Origin: Ministeria vibrans ATCC 50519
Taxonomy: Eukaryota; Protista; Filasterea
NCBI GenBank assembly: GCA_943704425.1
Contig: CALSCP010000335.1
Location: 50,772-114,771, forward strand
DNA: 64,000 nucleotides
Direction: 5' to 3'
Shown here: one piece after another, positions 1 to 12,979 of the stretch
How the letters are laid out: each line of letters begins with the position of its first letter
How positions within the stretch are numbered: the stretch's first letter is position 1
Notes under the pieces: generated by a model
What the model saw: only the letters and a program-made list of their open reading frames with translations
Databases searched by the model: none
Told to the model about the DNA's origin: nothing
Made by a program: the position numbers and the translations under genes

Positions 1-3000
1 TGAAGGAATCGGACCTGAACACAATGAAACAAGGAAAAAAAAAAAAAAGTTCAATGCACCAAAACACGACTTTTGTGTCTCTTTGTACCGCAAGAGTCGA
101 TCGAACGCCGATCGATAGGAAATGCCACGATCCACCTCAATCTCGACAAAGTTCAGGTCGGGACAGTTCTCACCCATGATTTGCACAGGATACTCCTTGA
201 GGATGGCCGGGTCGTGTCCCTTGAGACGGTTGATGCCCGAGTCGTACGAGCCGCTGGCGCGCGCGTCGTCCACTTTGCGCTCGAAAATGGCAAAAAAGAG
301 TCGAAAGAGTACAATTTGAGTGTCCATGCGCGTGATCATAATGCGGTTGAGAAAACGCTACACAGAGAAGGAAAAACATTCAATGAGAAAATAATAAAAA
401 TAATAATTATTATTAAGAATAGAGCTGATATATTATAACATTAATAATAATGATATTAATTTATTAGTATTTTTATTAGTATTTTATTAGAATTATTATA
501 ATAAAAATAATTATAATTATTATTGATATAATTGTGATTATTATGCTTATGGTACGATTATTAAATACTGTTATTGCGTACCTTGACCGACGGCGTTTTG
601 TCGACCCAGCGCCACACGCCACCTTCTCGTTTCATAAGATGCGACAGTTCCATTTGACGACGAAGCGCGTCCATGACTGAATCGATGGTCTTGGGCACGG
701 CACGCTTGACACCAAATTGATCGAGTTCGCGACCACTGAAGGCGCCTGTCTCGTCGTCGTATTCGCCAACAAAGTCATTTACAATCGACATGAGCTTGCG
801 CCCATTCTCATCCCACGTGTATACACGAGACTGAGTGAGCAGCTGTACCAGCGTCTGCAGCGCGTCCTTGCCATACTTGGTCTCGAGATTACGCTCAAAA
901 AAATCTTGCGCGTCCTCACCGTCCGACATGCAGCCACGTCGATCGCCCTTGGTGAGCGCACCCAGCGCCTGTAGTCGACCCGTGATGGTGGAGACAAAGC
1001 GAAATTCGCCAGCGGCCTGCGACAACACAATGACATAGTGCGGCGGCGACGTCTGGTTACTGCGATGTACCCGACCAAACTGCTGAATAGTGCGATCGGC
1101 CGCCCACGCAAACTCGAGAGTGATCATCACACGACGCTGACGGTTGTTGACGCGCTCGTCCGCGTGCAACGAAATACCAGTCGACGCCGCCTCGGTGATA
1201 ATGGCAACGCGCTTCTCGCCGCGCATAAAGAGACGCTTTTCCGCCAAGTTTATGTCGACCGTCTTCTTTTTGGCCGACAGCCCCGCACTGCGATGCACTC
1301 GATCGTACTTGCCCGTCGCCTCGTTGAGCACCAGTCGATGCTTGCGTCCACTCATCTCCGCCACCTTCGATGGTCCACCCAACGCCTCAAGAAGCGTGTC
1401 CATCGGGTTCGCTGGCAGGTTCAACTGCACGCACAAGAAGGGGAAAAAGAAAAGGATAAAAAGATATAAATAAATGGGAACAAAAAGCCTCTCAAACGTA
1501 CGCTGTGAAGACGTTGAATGTAGTCGTCTTGGACACGGTCGGGGAGATGATTCTTGATAAACATCTCGAGCATGAGAAGAGGCGCCGAAATAAGCTCGTC
1601 CACGTCGGCATCGTCAGGCAACTGCGAGAAGTACTCGTCGGCACGCGCCTCGCCCGTCGACCACATGTTAACAACGGCGGAGCGATTCTGCGCGAGTGCT
1701 TCTTCGACCAGCTCGACGACACGCGCAATCTTGGTCGCCACCAACACACTCTTACTCACACGTTGCACCACGCCCCAGAAAGGCGCCCACGAGCGACGCG
1801 CCGTCTTGCCAGCCTCGTTGAGAGCCAGTTGAAACTGGGCTGCGACGTCGTGGATAAAGGCGCTGCACTTGTTGAACATGTCCATGTCGCTCCGAGTGAG
1901 TGGCACCTCGGCGAGACGAAATGACGTCCCATGGAAGCTCAAAGTGCGACTCAACATACGTCCTGTGCGCTTCAGTCGACACGTCGCCAGCTCCATTGCA
2001 CCCAAACTATAAATAAACAAGAGAAAAAAAAATGTTAAACGAAGTACAATAAATTATTATTATTATTATCGTTATTTCTCTTACTTTTTGCTGACGTTGG
2101 TGTTGAAATCGGCGGCCGACTTAAACGGGCAGCCGGTGCCACCCCAAAGACCGAGGCGATCCATGTAAAGCATGTTGGGGACGCTGCTGGCGGAGGTTGC
2201 ACTTGAGTAGACGACACGGAGAAGTGGGAGAGTGCGCTGGATCTGCAGCACTGCCTGGCCCGTCTTGGAGCCGGTCTTGCGCGAGTCCGCTTGACCCTCG
2301 TGGCTATCGGGAACAAGATTCTTGGCACGATGACACTCGTCAAAGACGATGATGCCGTCGTCGCCGAGCCAGTCGACAATCTGCGCGAGACGCGAGCCGA
2401 GAAAACCCGACTTGTCACGCTGCAACAAAGCTTTCATGGCGGCCTCTCGAGTCGGTGCGGCCGGCGCGGGCGTGTCGATGGCGTCGGCAACGGTTTCCGA
2501 TGCAGTCGCATGGTAGGTCTTCTTGGTGGCGACAGCGGCAGCGGCTCCCTTGGCGGCTCGCTTTGTCATGATGAGTGTCGAGTAGGTGAGGAAGAAGCAA
2601 CCCTGCTGGCCGTCCCACGGCGAGCCGTCGGGCAGAACGAACGCTTGACTCGACAACGGCTTGTAGTCTTGACCGACGACGGGCAAGACGGGAATGTTGA
2701 CACCAATTTCGCCGAGGTCAGCAAAGTCACGCTCGGCATCCTCAATGAGACCCGACGAGAGCGACACCCACACGGAACGACGATTGCCGCGCACAAAGTT
2801 CTCGGTGATGATACCCGCAATGATGCGCCCCTTGCCCACACCGGTACCGTCACCAATGCAAAACCCAGCCCGCGTCTCCGTCCCAAACAGTTTCTCTTCG
2901 TGCGCCTGACACGCATACGTGATGGTCTCAAGCTGAATTCGAGAGAGTGCTCCCGACTCGACCGTGCGCAGGAGCTCTTCCGACAACTCGTACGTGATGG

Positions 3001-4294
3001 GTGGCGGGTCGATAGCGGCAAGGGCGGCCGTCTCACACAACATGGCTGGGTGACGTTTGCCCTTCTTGAAGAACCGCGGCTTGTACGTCTCGTAGACGGG
3101 GGCCGCAGACTCGTCACCTTCATTGGTGGCCTTCTCGCGCTGTTCTGCCGCCTGTTTGCGTGCGGCACGCACCTCATCGGTGGGCGCCTCCTCGCCATCG
3201 TACTCACAATCGTCGTCGACCACCTGAAGCGTCTCCACCTCGTACTCAAGTTGAGGCCCCATGTCCTCGGGCAGCTCCAGCTCGACCTCTTCCACTTCGT
3301 CCGACGAAAAGTCCGAGTCGACCTTGGCACGGCTCTTTCGTTTGGCAAGGAATCGATCGTCGTCGTTGTCGTCGTCGACGCCCTCTTCCTCTTCCTCCTC
3401 ATTGTCATCGTCGTCTTCCTCTTCATCGTTGGTGACACGTGTGCTCTTCTTGCGTGCGCGACTGGTCACTGAGCGAACGGCAGCTGCCTTGCGCTTGGGT
3501 GGTGCGCGTGAACGACGGGGAGGAGGGGCGCGTCGCTTTCGGCTTGTGGAGTAGTCTTCGTCGTATGACTCGTCGCTTGGTACGCACATGTCGCCGTCGT
3601 CGCCGTCGTCGTCCGATTCATCCTCCTCTTCATCATCCAAAAAGTCCTCGTCTGAGTTATCTTGTTGTTCACCAACAAAGGCATCGTCATCATTCTCGTC
3701 GACCTCCTCCTCGTCGTCATCCAAGTATTTGACAATACGCCTGCGTTTAGAAGTCAAAGACGACTGTTTGGTGACGCGTGGCGCAGATGCTCTGGCTCGT
3801 GTTGCATGGGTTTTCGCCTGCGCTGTCTTTGTGAGTGAGGGTGTGGAAGGTCGACTGGCAACGCGTCTGCTTCGACGAATGCCCTCGGTGTTGTTGCCGG
3901 TTGCTGTGCTGCTGGAGGTCGAGCTGAGCAGAGCGGACACTTCAAAGTCCTCATCGTCGCTCAACGTTTTGCGCTTTCGACCAGGTAATACAACGGCAAG
4001 AGCGTCGTCGTCGTCATCGTCGTCATCGTCGTCGACGGCGGCAACAGCAACAGCAGCAGCAGCAGCAGCAACCACACCATTCTCCCCAGTGGCGTCCAAC
4101 GCAGCGCTGTCGGCACCTTTAGGGCGTTTGGTGGTGGTTGTTTCATCGAACGAGTCGACGACCGATTCCGAGTTGCGTTTCAGAGAGGCTGTCGTTGTAG
4201 ACTTGTGAGGCGGGTTCTCAGCATCGCTCTCCCCAGCGGTCGTCGAGCACTCGTCGCTGTCGACCTGAATGACTTCCGTGGAATTCGCCACCAT
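1..4294 (-). CDS. SBNO1: Strawberry notch homolog (SF2-like helicase), multi-exon, runs off the window edge at its 3' end
   Basis: Acidic low-complexity N-terminus, then HPAMLCETAAL, LSRIQLE, Walker A IGDGTGVGKGR, DECH box (IIVFDECHRAKN), YSSATSAS, GAMELA, LGGPSKVAEMSGR, EAASTGISLHAD, IQQFGRVHRSNQ, RLQALGALTKGDRR across ORFs 2081-4363, 1421-2020, 561-1436. Confidence 0.93.
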
Positions 4295-4929
4295 TTTCTT
4301 TTTTTTTTTTGTTTCTTCTTTTTCGTTCGTCCCCACTTCGCAACGGTCTCGCCACACTGTCAAAAGAAATGGGAGGGAAGAGTGTGCATGAGCGTCGGGT
4401 GGGAGTAAGAAGAGCGCGAGGAGCGTCTGTAGCGAGGGGTGTCGATGGCCGTTTCAGCAAGACGACAGGAACGAGACAATGGGGAAAGACAAGCAGAAGC
4501 GCGCAGATACAGCGACCGAATCGGGTCGCGGGTGTATGTGGGTCGTTAGGGAAGGGTATTGGGCGGCACCAGAGATCCCCTGGCAATCGTATCTTTTTTC
4601 AAATTGTGATAATGGCGCGCAAAAAGGGAAAGAGAAAGAAACGATGTGGGCACAACGAACCTTGTGTATCTTCGTCTATACGTGGACGACGAAACGTTTG
4701 AATGTTCGTTCGGTGTGTACAGCGCAAGACACCGCCAAAATTCAATAGAATATAGATTGAATGGAATTGTCAAATGTCATTTGTCAATACTCACTTTACT
4801 TTGACAACAAACAAAATGGCAAAGCACTGAAAGCAGTGAATTATTTCTTTTTCGGTCCTTTTTTTGGAGTCTAGTGCGCTCGACTCGTGTTGCATCGCAG
4901 CTTGGGTTCTTGGCTCTAGGCGTGTCGCG

Positions 4930-5127
4930 ATGTTTTCCACTCGGATTCGACCTTTGCGTGTTCTTGTGCGACACACACGCTCCGTTTCGCATGCACTCTT
5001 CATCACGGGCCCCACCGGTGTCGGCAAGTCTAAGACGGCCATTCAGGTTGCACGGCGGCTTGGCGGTGAGATTATTTCTGTCGATCCAATTCAGGTAGAG
5101 AACGAAAGTGAGTGCTCGTCCTCCACA

Positions 5128-5161
<34 letters not shown>

Positions 5162-6372
5162 CACACACACACGGTCCGGCGTGTAGCTGTGGGTGGTGGA
5201 GGGGGAGGGGTGGGGTGGTGGCGTTGAGGGGTGTTTTGTGAGTGTGTCTGTGTGCGCTTTGGTTCACATGCTATTTGCAGGCGATCAAAGGAATGGAGAC
5301 GGGCAGCAACCAGATGACGTCGGACGAGCAGAGAGGCATTCCGCATCACATGTACAGCTGCGACACGAATTTCCATAGTGCTGGCCAGTATGCCTTGGAG
5401 GTGTGGGAGCGCATGCGAGTAAGAAACGCCGCCGGAACGAACGCGAAAGCGAACGTGTCTGTCTGTCTGTCTGTCTGTCACTTGTCTGACTGCGTTTTGT
5501 TTTCGAAGCGAATCCAAGAGCGCGGCAAAGTACCCATTCTCGTTGGGGGTGCGGGCATGTACATGCAGTTTGCGGCGTTGGGGTTCAACGAGAAGCCCGG
5601 GGTGAGCGAAGAGTTGGCGACGCAGGTGAGGGAACAGATTCAGGCGGAGGTGGTGCGGCGACAAGTTGCGGGCGAGAGCGTGCCACCGACGGAGGAGGAG
5701 CTGCGACACAAGACGGCAGAGGCGATTGAGTTTGAGTATGCGGCACACGCCTTACTCATGCAACTGGACCCGGTGACCGCCGATAAGTTTCCGCGCACCG
5801 ACGTGTACCGAGTGGAGCGCACCCTTCGGCTGCACGCGCTTGTGGGCAAGCCCCGCGCGGAAATTGACGATACTTCGAAAAGAACCTTTTCCTTGCCGCC
5901 CATGAAGATGCGTGGTATCATGTTGGTGTTGCCGCGCGAGCATTTCCGCGAAATTGCCATGGACCAGTCACTGCATCTGCTCAAGGAGGGACTTATGCGC
6001 GAAGCAGTCGCGCTTGTGTATAAGCACAAGCGTGACTCGCTCAGCATTGAGCGGGCGCGCCGTGCTCTCGGGTACCGCGAGGCCATCGACTACTTGTACA
6101 CCTGGTGGTATCCCACTTTGAACATTGACGCGCAGGAGATGCCCCAAGGTCCCTCCAAGTCGCGGGGGCTGAGTCTGCTCCACCGCTCTCGTGCACGCAA
6201 CTTGCTCTATGGCGTACGCCAACTTCTTCTTGACTACAGCACGTCCACTCGCAAATTTATGCGTCGTCAGACGCGATACTGGCGCAAACGTCCGGCTCTT
6301 TGGCTTTCGTCAACCCATCCGTCTCTCGTACGAATCCCTTCCTTTCAAGAATTTTGTTCTCACACACTTGTC

Positions 6373-6461
<89 letters not shown>

Positions 6462-6847
6462 TTACTCAGATTGTGAATCATTACGAGAAAAGTGACGCCA
6501 AGGCAAAAAAAGACGAGGAGGAGTCGAGCGCAGTGTATTGGGCGGTACAAGGGCAACCACAGCATGAAGAGGGCGAAGAATACTGCAAGCGCATAAGCAG
6601 CAATGCGTTTGAGTTGTTTGCAGTGGCGGAGCGCACTGCCGACGCACTGAGTCAGCACGATCCAGAGGCAGCCCGCAAAGCTCACGAGTCGCTTGATGAG
6701 CTACTGAGCAACCTTGTGGAGGCGTTTGAGTACACCAAGTGGCGGCGCAAGAAACCTTTCCCGCCTGAGGTGCCCAGCCGCTACCGCCATTTGCTGGGGC
6801 GCGGCTCAGGACCCTGGAGCGCCCCTCGTTCGGGTCGCTACTTTTGA
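4930..6847 (+). CDS. miaA: tRNA dimethylallyltransferase (MiaA/TRIT1 family), probably mitochondrial, multi-exon
   Basis: Arg-rich presequence-like start MFSTRIRPLRVLVRH; P-loop ITGPTGVGKS; EIISVDPIQ; GIPHH; KVPILVGGAGMY; RALGYRE; TRKFMRRQTRYW. Confidence 0.85.
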
Positions 6848-7014
6848 CATCTGCCGTCTATTACTATAACTACTACTAGTAGTTGCTGTTGTGATCGGTA
6901 GTATAAGTACTCGTTTCTGATTTTTGTACACTATTGTAGACCTTTTTTCCTTTGTTGAATCATTCTTTTTTTTGTTTGTTTGTTTCATTTTTTCTTTTTG
7001 GCTTTGGGCAAGAT

Positions 7015-7622
7015 TCAATCTTGATTGGGGATGTTTGCCAGGGCACGCACCAGCTCAACATAGATGTCAATGCCACGCAAGAAAATGTCCTCATTGAGAA
7101 ACTCATTGTGATCATGAAGGAGAATGGGTGTGCGATTGATGGGAGAAAAGCCAAAGGCAGGAATGCCCTTTTGACGGATGAAGCGCGAGTCGGTGGCTGC
7201 AGGGAAGATTTCCGTTTGAATGGTCATGCCTAGACGGTCTGTGACCCCCTTGAACGTCTGCCACCACACATTGTCGTCCGTCAACTCAGTCATGCGGTTG
7301 TTGCGGAACACCTAAGGATGAGTGCGTTTGTGTGTGAGCTTGTTCGAGTGAGATTGAAATGAAAGAAGAGTGGTGTGTGATGTGCTCAAATGACTCATGA
7401 CAGGGGTAAAAGTGGCGTCGGTGTGTACCTGTTGGAATGAGTAGGTGACTCCCGGTTCGCTCTCAACCCATCCTTTGAGCTGCTCTTCAAACTTGTCTAG
7501 GTCGACCGTAGGCGCAATCCGAATGTCAAATCCGGCCTCCGCATCGGACGGAACCACATTGAACTGAACCTGAACCAAAGTGAGAGAGATTGACAGAGTG
7601 AGAGAGAGAGGCAAAGTGATAC

Positions 7623-7661
<39 letters not shown>

Positions 7662-8957
7662 TCCATTATTCTTTAAACGTGTGTCGTATTTGATTTCTTA
7701 CTCCTCCTGAGAGCATTGTCAAATTGACCGTAGTCACATCTCCCAGAGTGTACTCCTCCTCGTTTGCATCCAAAATTGCTTTTTGCTCGCGACGGAACGT
7801 GAGAAATTTGTCCACAATGCGCATCTGACGCACAAAAAAAAACAACCGACGTTCAGCACAATCATGTTGTTTATGCCATTTCACGTACGAGCTTCTCCAT
7901 TGCGGTGTCAGGAATAAAGCGACTTCCGTGACCGGGCGGACCAGTCGCCTTGACACGTACCCCTGTCAGAGCAACAATAACAAAAAATAATCACATTTTT
8001 TAAAGGATGTGCGGCCAGGCTTGATTTTTCTCTTTCTTTCTTCTTTATTTGTTTGGACTTACACCAGGGAGCCCGTTCGCCATAGAATAGCGTGAATGCA
8101 TCAGTGGGGTTAGCGAGTCCTTCGTCAAGCACTAGTCCGGCGTTGAGTGCCCTAAACTCGTCCGTATTCACAAAGGTCTCCATTCCGTCGTGTCCGCCTA
8201 CTTCTTCGTCTGCGCCCATGACCCACCAAAGAAATGTGGCGGTGAGTCAGTGAGTGAGTGAGTAAGTGAGTAAGTGTGTGTGTGTGTGAGTAAGACGGGA
8301 CACAAATCAGAAGTTGAGCTCTGTGGCGTACCCGGCATGAACATGAGATGGATAGTGCGTGTGAGCGGCTCACCCGTCGCCTTCAGACGACGCACTGCCT
8401 CCAAATACTGAATGCACACACACTTCATGTCCTGCGTCCCACGAGCGTAGATATCACCGTTCTCCAGTTTGTTGGCGGCAAACGGCGGTTCGCGCCACTC
8501 TGCTTCGTATACCGGCACGACGTCTATGATCAAACAATCCAACGATGAGTTGCGCTTTTGCTTGTTTTGTCTCCGTCCACAAGTCTCCACACGACAGTAC
8601 CAGTGTGAGAATTGAGCACAAGCGACGGCAGACTTGGATCTGAGCCTTGCATGGTCATGATAAAGACCTTCTTGCCTGCGACCGGCTGAACGAGGGAGAC
8701 GGAAGGAAAAGGGTTTTGTTTGCCGCACCACCACGAGAATAATATACCTCAGACCAGCTTGTCTTTAGTCCAATGTCGTCGGCAACCGTCTGAAGAAAGG
8801 CAATGGCGCTTTCGTAGTCGGGATTGGGATGGACTGTCTCGATGCGAAGGAATTCGCGAAAGAGTGTCACTTCGCGCGCCTCAACCTTGGCCTTGGAGCG
8901 CTTGTCGCCTTCGTCCTCAGACGCATCGCTGACAGCTCGTTTTTCACCACCAGACAT
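7015..8957 (-). CDS. ACY1: Aminoacylase-1 (peptidase M20A), multi-exon, complete
   Basis: [20 protein letters not shown](T)[72 protein letters not shown]. Confidence 0.95.
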
Positions 8958-9053
8958 GAGATGAAAACAAGAAGAAAAAAGTAGATTTATTAATGATTGG
9001 CTATTGTTCTACACTTTGTACACGCCACACTCTGATGAATTGCTTTGAATCTC

Positions 9054-9149
9054 TCAGCGACTCGTCATCCAGTATTCAATGGCCGCTGAAAATGCAGCAA
9101 ATCCGGCACAGCCCACCAGTCCAGGCTTGACACCCGCTGAAACACACAC

Positions 9150-9241
<92 letters not shown>

Positions 9242-10100
9242 AGGAGAGGGACGATCAGTCAGTCAAAGAAGCACTCACAACACTATCTCACCTCTGAGCC
9301 CCATCAAGCCACCCGTGGCACATCCGGCGTAGATAGGATTCATACCGTCGTTTTCCCCTCGTTGCTACATGAATAAACACGGGGCATGTAAGGAATCGCA
9401 CCTTCACTGCTTTGCATATCCATGAACACAATAAGTATCATACTGTCTCGATTGCGCACTCGACACACGAAAACAGTGCTCCAATGGTGGCAAACGATTT
9501 GCTGCACAAGAGGGTCAGTCAAAGGTGTTCCGTGTCGTCTTCACCCGGTACCCCATTGATTTGCTACGATTCGCCATGTCCCGGAACACCTCGCGAGTGG
9601 TCTGTTTGCTGAAGTCGGCGTTCATTCCAGGCGACATGGGATCCATTCCGGCCGTAAAGATGCCAAAGGCCACGCCAAGACCCATCCCTGCGCACACAAA
9701 CACAAGCACAACGGGTGTGAGAACCTACGCGAACAGCAGCAGGTGCGGAACGACACGCGTGCGTGCGCACAGACGCACAACACGAGCAAGTGCCCATGAC
9801 ACAATCGGCGTGGTTACCTGCGACAGCCGCCAGCGTCGTTTTAAAGGCACACGACTCAAAGGCGCCCTCGATGAAGCGCTGCTGCTGCATCTGGTCGGGG
9901 AACCAGCTGGTGTTGGGCGGCATGGGGGGCCCCTGCATGAACGCGGGTCCCTGGTACGGGAAGGGCGCATGCACCTTTGGTACCGGCTCAATGACCACCG
10001 TCAGGCTGCCTTCGTCCACTGCAACCCAATCCTGCACGTTAGTGTCGTTCGGGAACCGCTCCACACGCGCAAGAGTACCTTTCTTGTTGCGCGTGAACAT
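9054..10100 (-). CDS. TIM22: Mitochondrial import inner membrane translocase Tim22, multi-exon
   Basis: FESCAFKTTLAAVAG|MGLGVAFGIFTAG; KSMG; FATIGALFSCVECAIET; NPIYAGCATGGLMGLR|AGVKPGLVGCAGFAAFSAAIEYWM. Confidence 0.9.
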
Positions 10101-10378
10101 AAAACGAATAATAATAATAAAATTCTAAAATCGAAATTTCTCGTCAAGGAAGTGTCTGTGTAGTCAATGATCACCGGTCAGTGCCTCAGTGGTCTTTGAT
10201 CAGTGAATCAGGACACTGTATAGACCGATTCTGGACGGGTCTAGAAAATAAGAAAGACGTGGAGTTTCATCAACCGAATGGACATGGTTTACACAGTTTT
10301 ATTCACTCTATTACAATTTGCTTTCCTCCACCACCCTCTCTCCAAGCACTAGAAGTTGTAAGCGACACATCGTACACG

Positions 10379-11491
10379 ATGGCCGGGCCAATGGCGTCGT
10401 CCGCTCTCGACTCGTCGATTAATTGTTCGATGGCTCCGACTCCGCGCCGACGGGCGTTGCTTGCGGCGATGCGTGACCAGCACGCGTCGCTGCCCGACCG
10501 CTCGTACGCCCGTCTGCACAGACTCGTCATGCTGGAGTCGGACGAGGAGGAGGAGGAGGAGGACGACGACGACGACCTCGACTGTGACATGCACGATGCG
10601 GAAATGCTGCCACCCCAGCGAAAAGACGCCCGTCCGCGCGCGAACAGTGTCGACAGCGCCCTCTCGGCCGCCGCCAACGCAGCAGCTGATGCTCACGCGG
10701 ATAACCCAAGCCTTGAAATGTCGCCAACGGCAGTAGCAGCAGCGGCGGCGGGAGTATCACGCACCAACGCCAATTCGCCCCTCTCAGCCTCAGCGTCACT
10801 CCGGCGTCGCTTTCTGCGCGCATCCGTCACCAGCGACGGTAGTGATGCGAGTGACATCTCCAGCGTCAATCTACGGCGGCGCAGCGGAAGCGTCTCGGCC
10901 GCCGCAGGACTCCCACGTCTCCAAGAACTCAACCCGTCAAGTTCGACGTTGACCGCGGCGTCTCGCAAACGAAAAGCTGCCGAAATATCCTCGTTTGAGT
11001 TGGACGAGCTATGTGGCATGATCGAGTCAAGAGTACACACTCACGGAGACGACGACGACGACGACGAGGAAGCCAGCAACGACGTAGATATCGACTACTC
11101 GTGTCTGGTGCGCATCCAACACAGTACCTTTGTGACTCCATCTGTGTCTCTCTCGGCCGAAGACCTCCTGCAGCTCCTCCTCGACCTTTGTCTAGCACTC
11201 TCAGCAAGCGCCGCCACAATGACAAGCGCCGCAGCCGCAGGACCGGTCGGCCGCATCACAACACCTCCACCCGACATTGCCATGCAACACGAAGACGTCT
11301 CCCACATCCTCTTGCGCTTCGACACCCCTCAGCTTGCCCAGAATTTCGTATCCTTCCTTCACTTCTCTCCCACCTCCACTTCCCGTACCCTTCACCTTCC
11401 ACCCCTCACGCTTACGGCTCTCTCTTCCTTCTTCCCTCTCATTCAATCGGTGCACTTTGTTCAGCCCACAAAAAGGTTTCGTCACACTTGA
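10379..11491 (+). CDS. Hypothetical intronless protein with acidic and Ser/Ala-rich low-complexity segments
   Basis: Long open frame with coding-like GC content, bounded by AT-rich flanks; no confident family match. Confidence 0.6.
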   Translation: MAGPMASSALDSSINCSMAPTPRRRALLAAMRDQHASLPDRSYARLHRLVMLESDEEEEEEDDDDDLDCDMHDAEMLPPQRKDARPRANSVDSALSAAANAAADAHADNPSLEMSPTAVAAAAAGVSRTNANSPLSASASLRRRFLRASVTSDGSDASDISSVNLRRRSGSVSAAAGLPRLQELNPSSSTLTAASRKRKAAEISSFELDELCGMIESRVHTHGDDDDDDEEASNDVDIDYSCLVRIQHSTFVTPSVSLSAEDLLQLLLDLCLALSASAATMTSAAAAGPVGRITTPPPDIAMQHEDVSHILLRFDTPQLAQNFVSFLHFSPTSTSRTLHLPPLTLTALSSFFPLIQSVHFVQPTKRFRHT

Positions 11492-11562
11492 CAACACAAC
11501 ACACGACATAAGTATGTACAATGCAATATTATTAAACACGCACTGCATTATGAAAACAAGGC

Positions 11563-12839
11563 TCATCTTGCGCCCTTTCCCTTCTTTGCTTTTCCCTTTG
11601 TTTTCGCCGCGGCCCAATGGCTCTGCAGATCATCTGAACGCGCACGCACAATCTTATCCTCAATGACATAGTTTGCAATGCGGTAGGTAAGCGCCCGGTC
11701 AAAGAACTCCTTGCCTAGCGCATTCACAACGGCATCGGCGTGCTCCGCAAGCACCCCAAAGCGCCCCTGACCCTCCACCACCGTCACCGACGCATTTCCT
11801 AGCACTCCTGCAGCCCACTCTGTACCCGCCACGCTCGTCCACTCATCCCCATCTCCCACAAACAAATGCACCGGCGTGTCCATTGCCCCCAGCGTAAGCT
11901 CATCTCCCGCAGAGAGATCTTCCGCTCCCGACTCGCCTCCCTCCCGGAATCCCTACGCAGCCCTCTCCTTCTCAGTACACACACATACATACATAGGGAG
12001 ACACATAGCGACAAGAGAGACAGAACAGAGAGCGAGAGACATTCGTGTTCGCGCGCACACACAAAGACGCACATGCACATACACATACTGAGATACACTC
12101 CTCTATATTTCTTGGATGTTACCTCGACAATATCCTTGAGGTACAGAAGCGCTTTCGCTCGCATTTTCTTTTCTTTGCTCCGCAGCAACTGAGACAAAGG
12201 CATGAGACAAAGAACGATGCAATACTATGTTCTTTTTGGTACCTGAGCATCGGGTTTGGAAAAGGGGAGAAATCGGAAGGCATCCATAGGAAGGGCAGAA
12301 TAAAGACGAAACACAGAGCGACGCACAAGAATGCGCGCAGCGGCAGGAACATAGCGCGCAAGGCGCTGCAACCAGTTGAGGTGCGCGTCGCCGCCCAGGT
12401 GTCCATTGACAGCCCCCACCGTCACAACACGGTTTGGAAGAATCTGTGCACATGCAATCGCGTATGGCGCGCCAGCGCCAATGCCAAGAACGCCAAACCT
12501 GTCGTGAAGGTGTACGTGTGAGAGAGAGAGGGAAAAGAGAGAGGAAGGAGAGAGGAAGGAGAGAGGAGGGAGAAAGAAACAAAGTGATAGAGAGAGAGAG
12601 AGAAGAGGGAGAGAGGAGGAAGAAAGAAACAAAGTGATAGAGAGAGAGAGAGAGAGAGGGACAATCGGCAAAAGCAATCAACACCCATCTTTGTACGTTT
12701 CCAAGTCAAGAAAGTCCGCAACAGCACGAATGTCGTCGACTGTGTCCGCAAGAGAGCGGCCCGGATGAGGAGCGGAGAGTCCAGCGCCAGCACGATCCAT
12801 ACCGATCAGTCGAACGTTGTACTTTTTCAAAACAGAGTC
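11563..12839 (-). CDS. Alpha/beta-hydrolase-fold protein, C-terminal part only (N-terminus absent); catalytic Ser and His appear substituted
   Basis: VRLIGMDRAGAGLSAPHPGRSLADTVDDIRAVADFL, FGVLGIGAGAPYAIACA, PVHLFVGDGD, VVEGQGRF. Confidence 0.75.
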
Positions 12840-12869
12840 CTGTTGCACACAAAAGAACACAAACGCAGG

Positions 12870-12906
<37 letters not shown>

Positions 12907-12979
12907 AAAGGGTTGTCAGTCAGATAGTGCGTTGCATAGGCTAGCACTATAGCAACACAACTACACGCGTGTGCCCTAC

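Noticed and set aside
2291-3472. Long antisense ORFs (also 4777-5748, 37749-38942, 58897-59682)
   Set aside because: Shadow frames of GC-rich codons on the opposite strand of identified genes.
4816-4830. ATG at 4816 as the MiaA start
   Set aside because: It closes after four codons (MAKH*); at most a uORF. The ATG at 4930 gives a presequence-like start.
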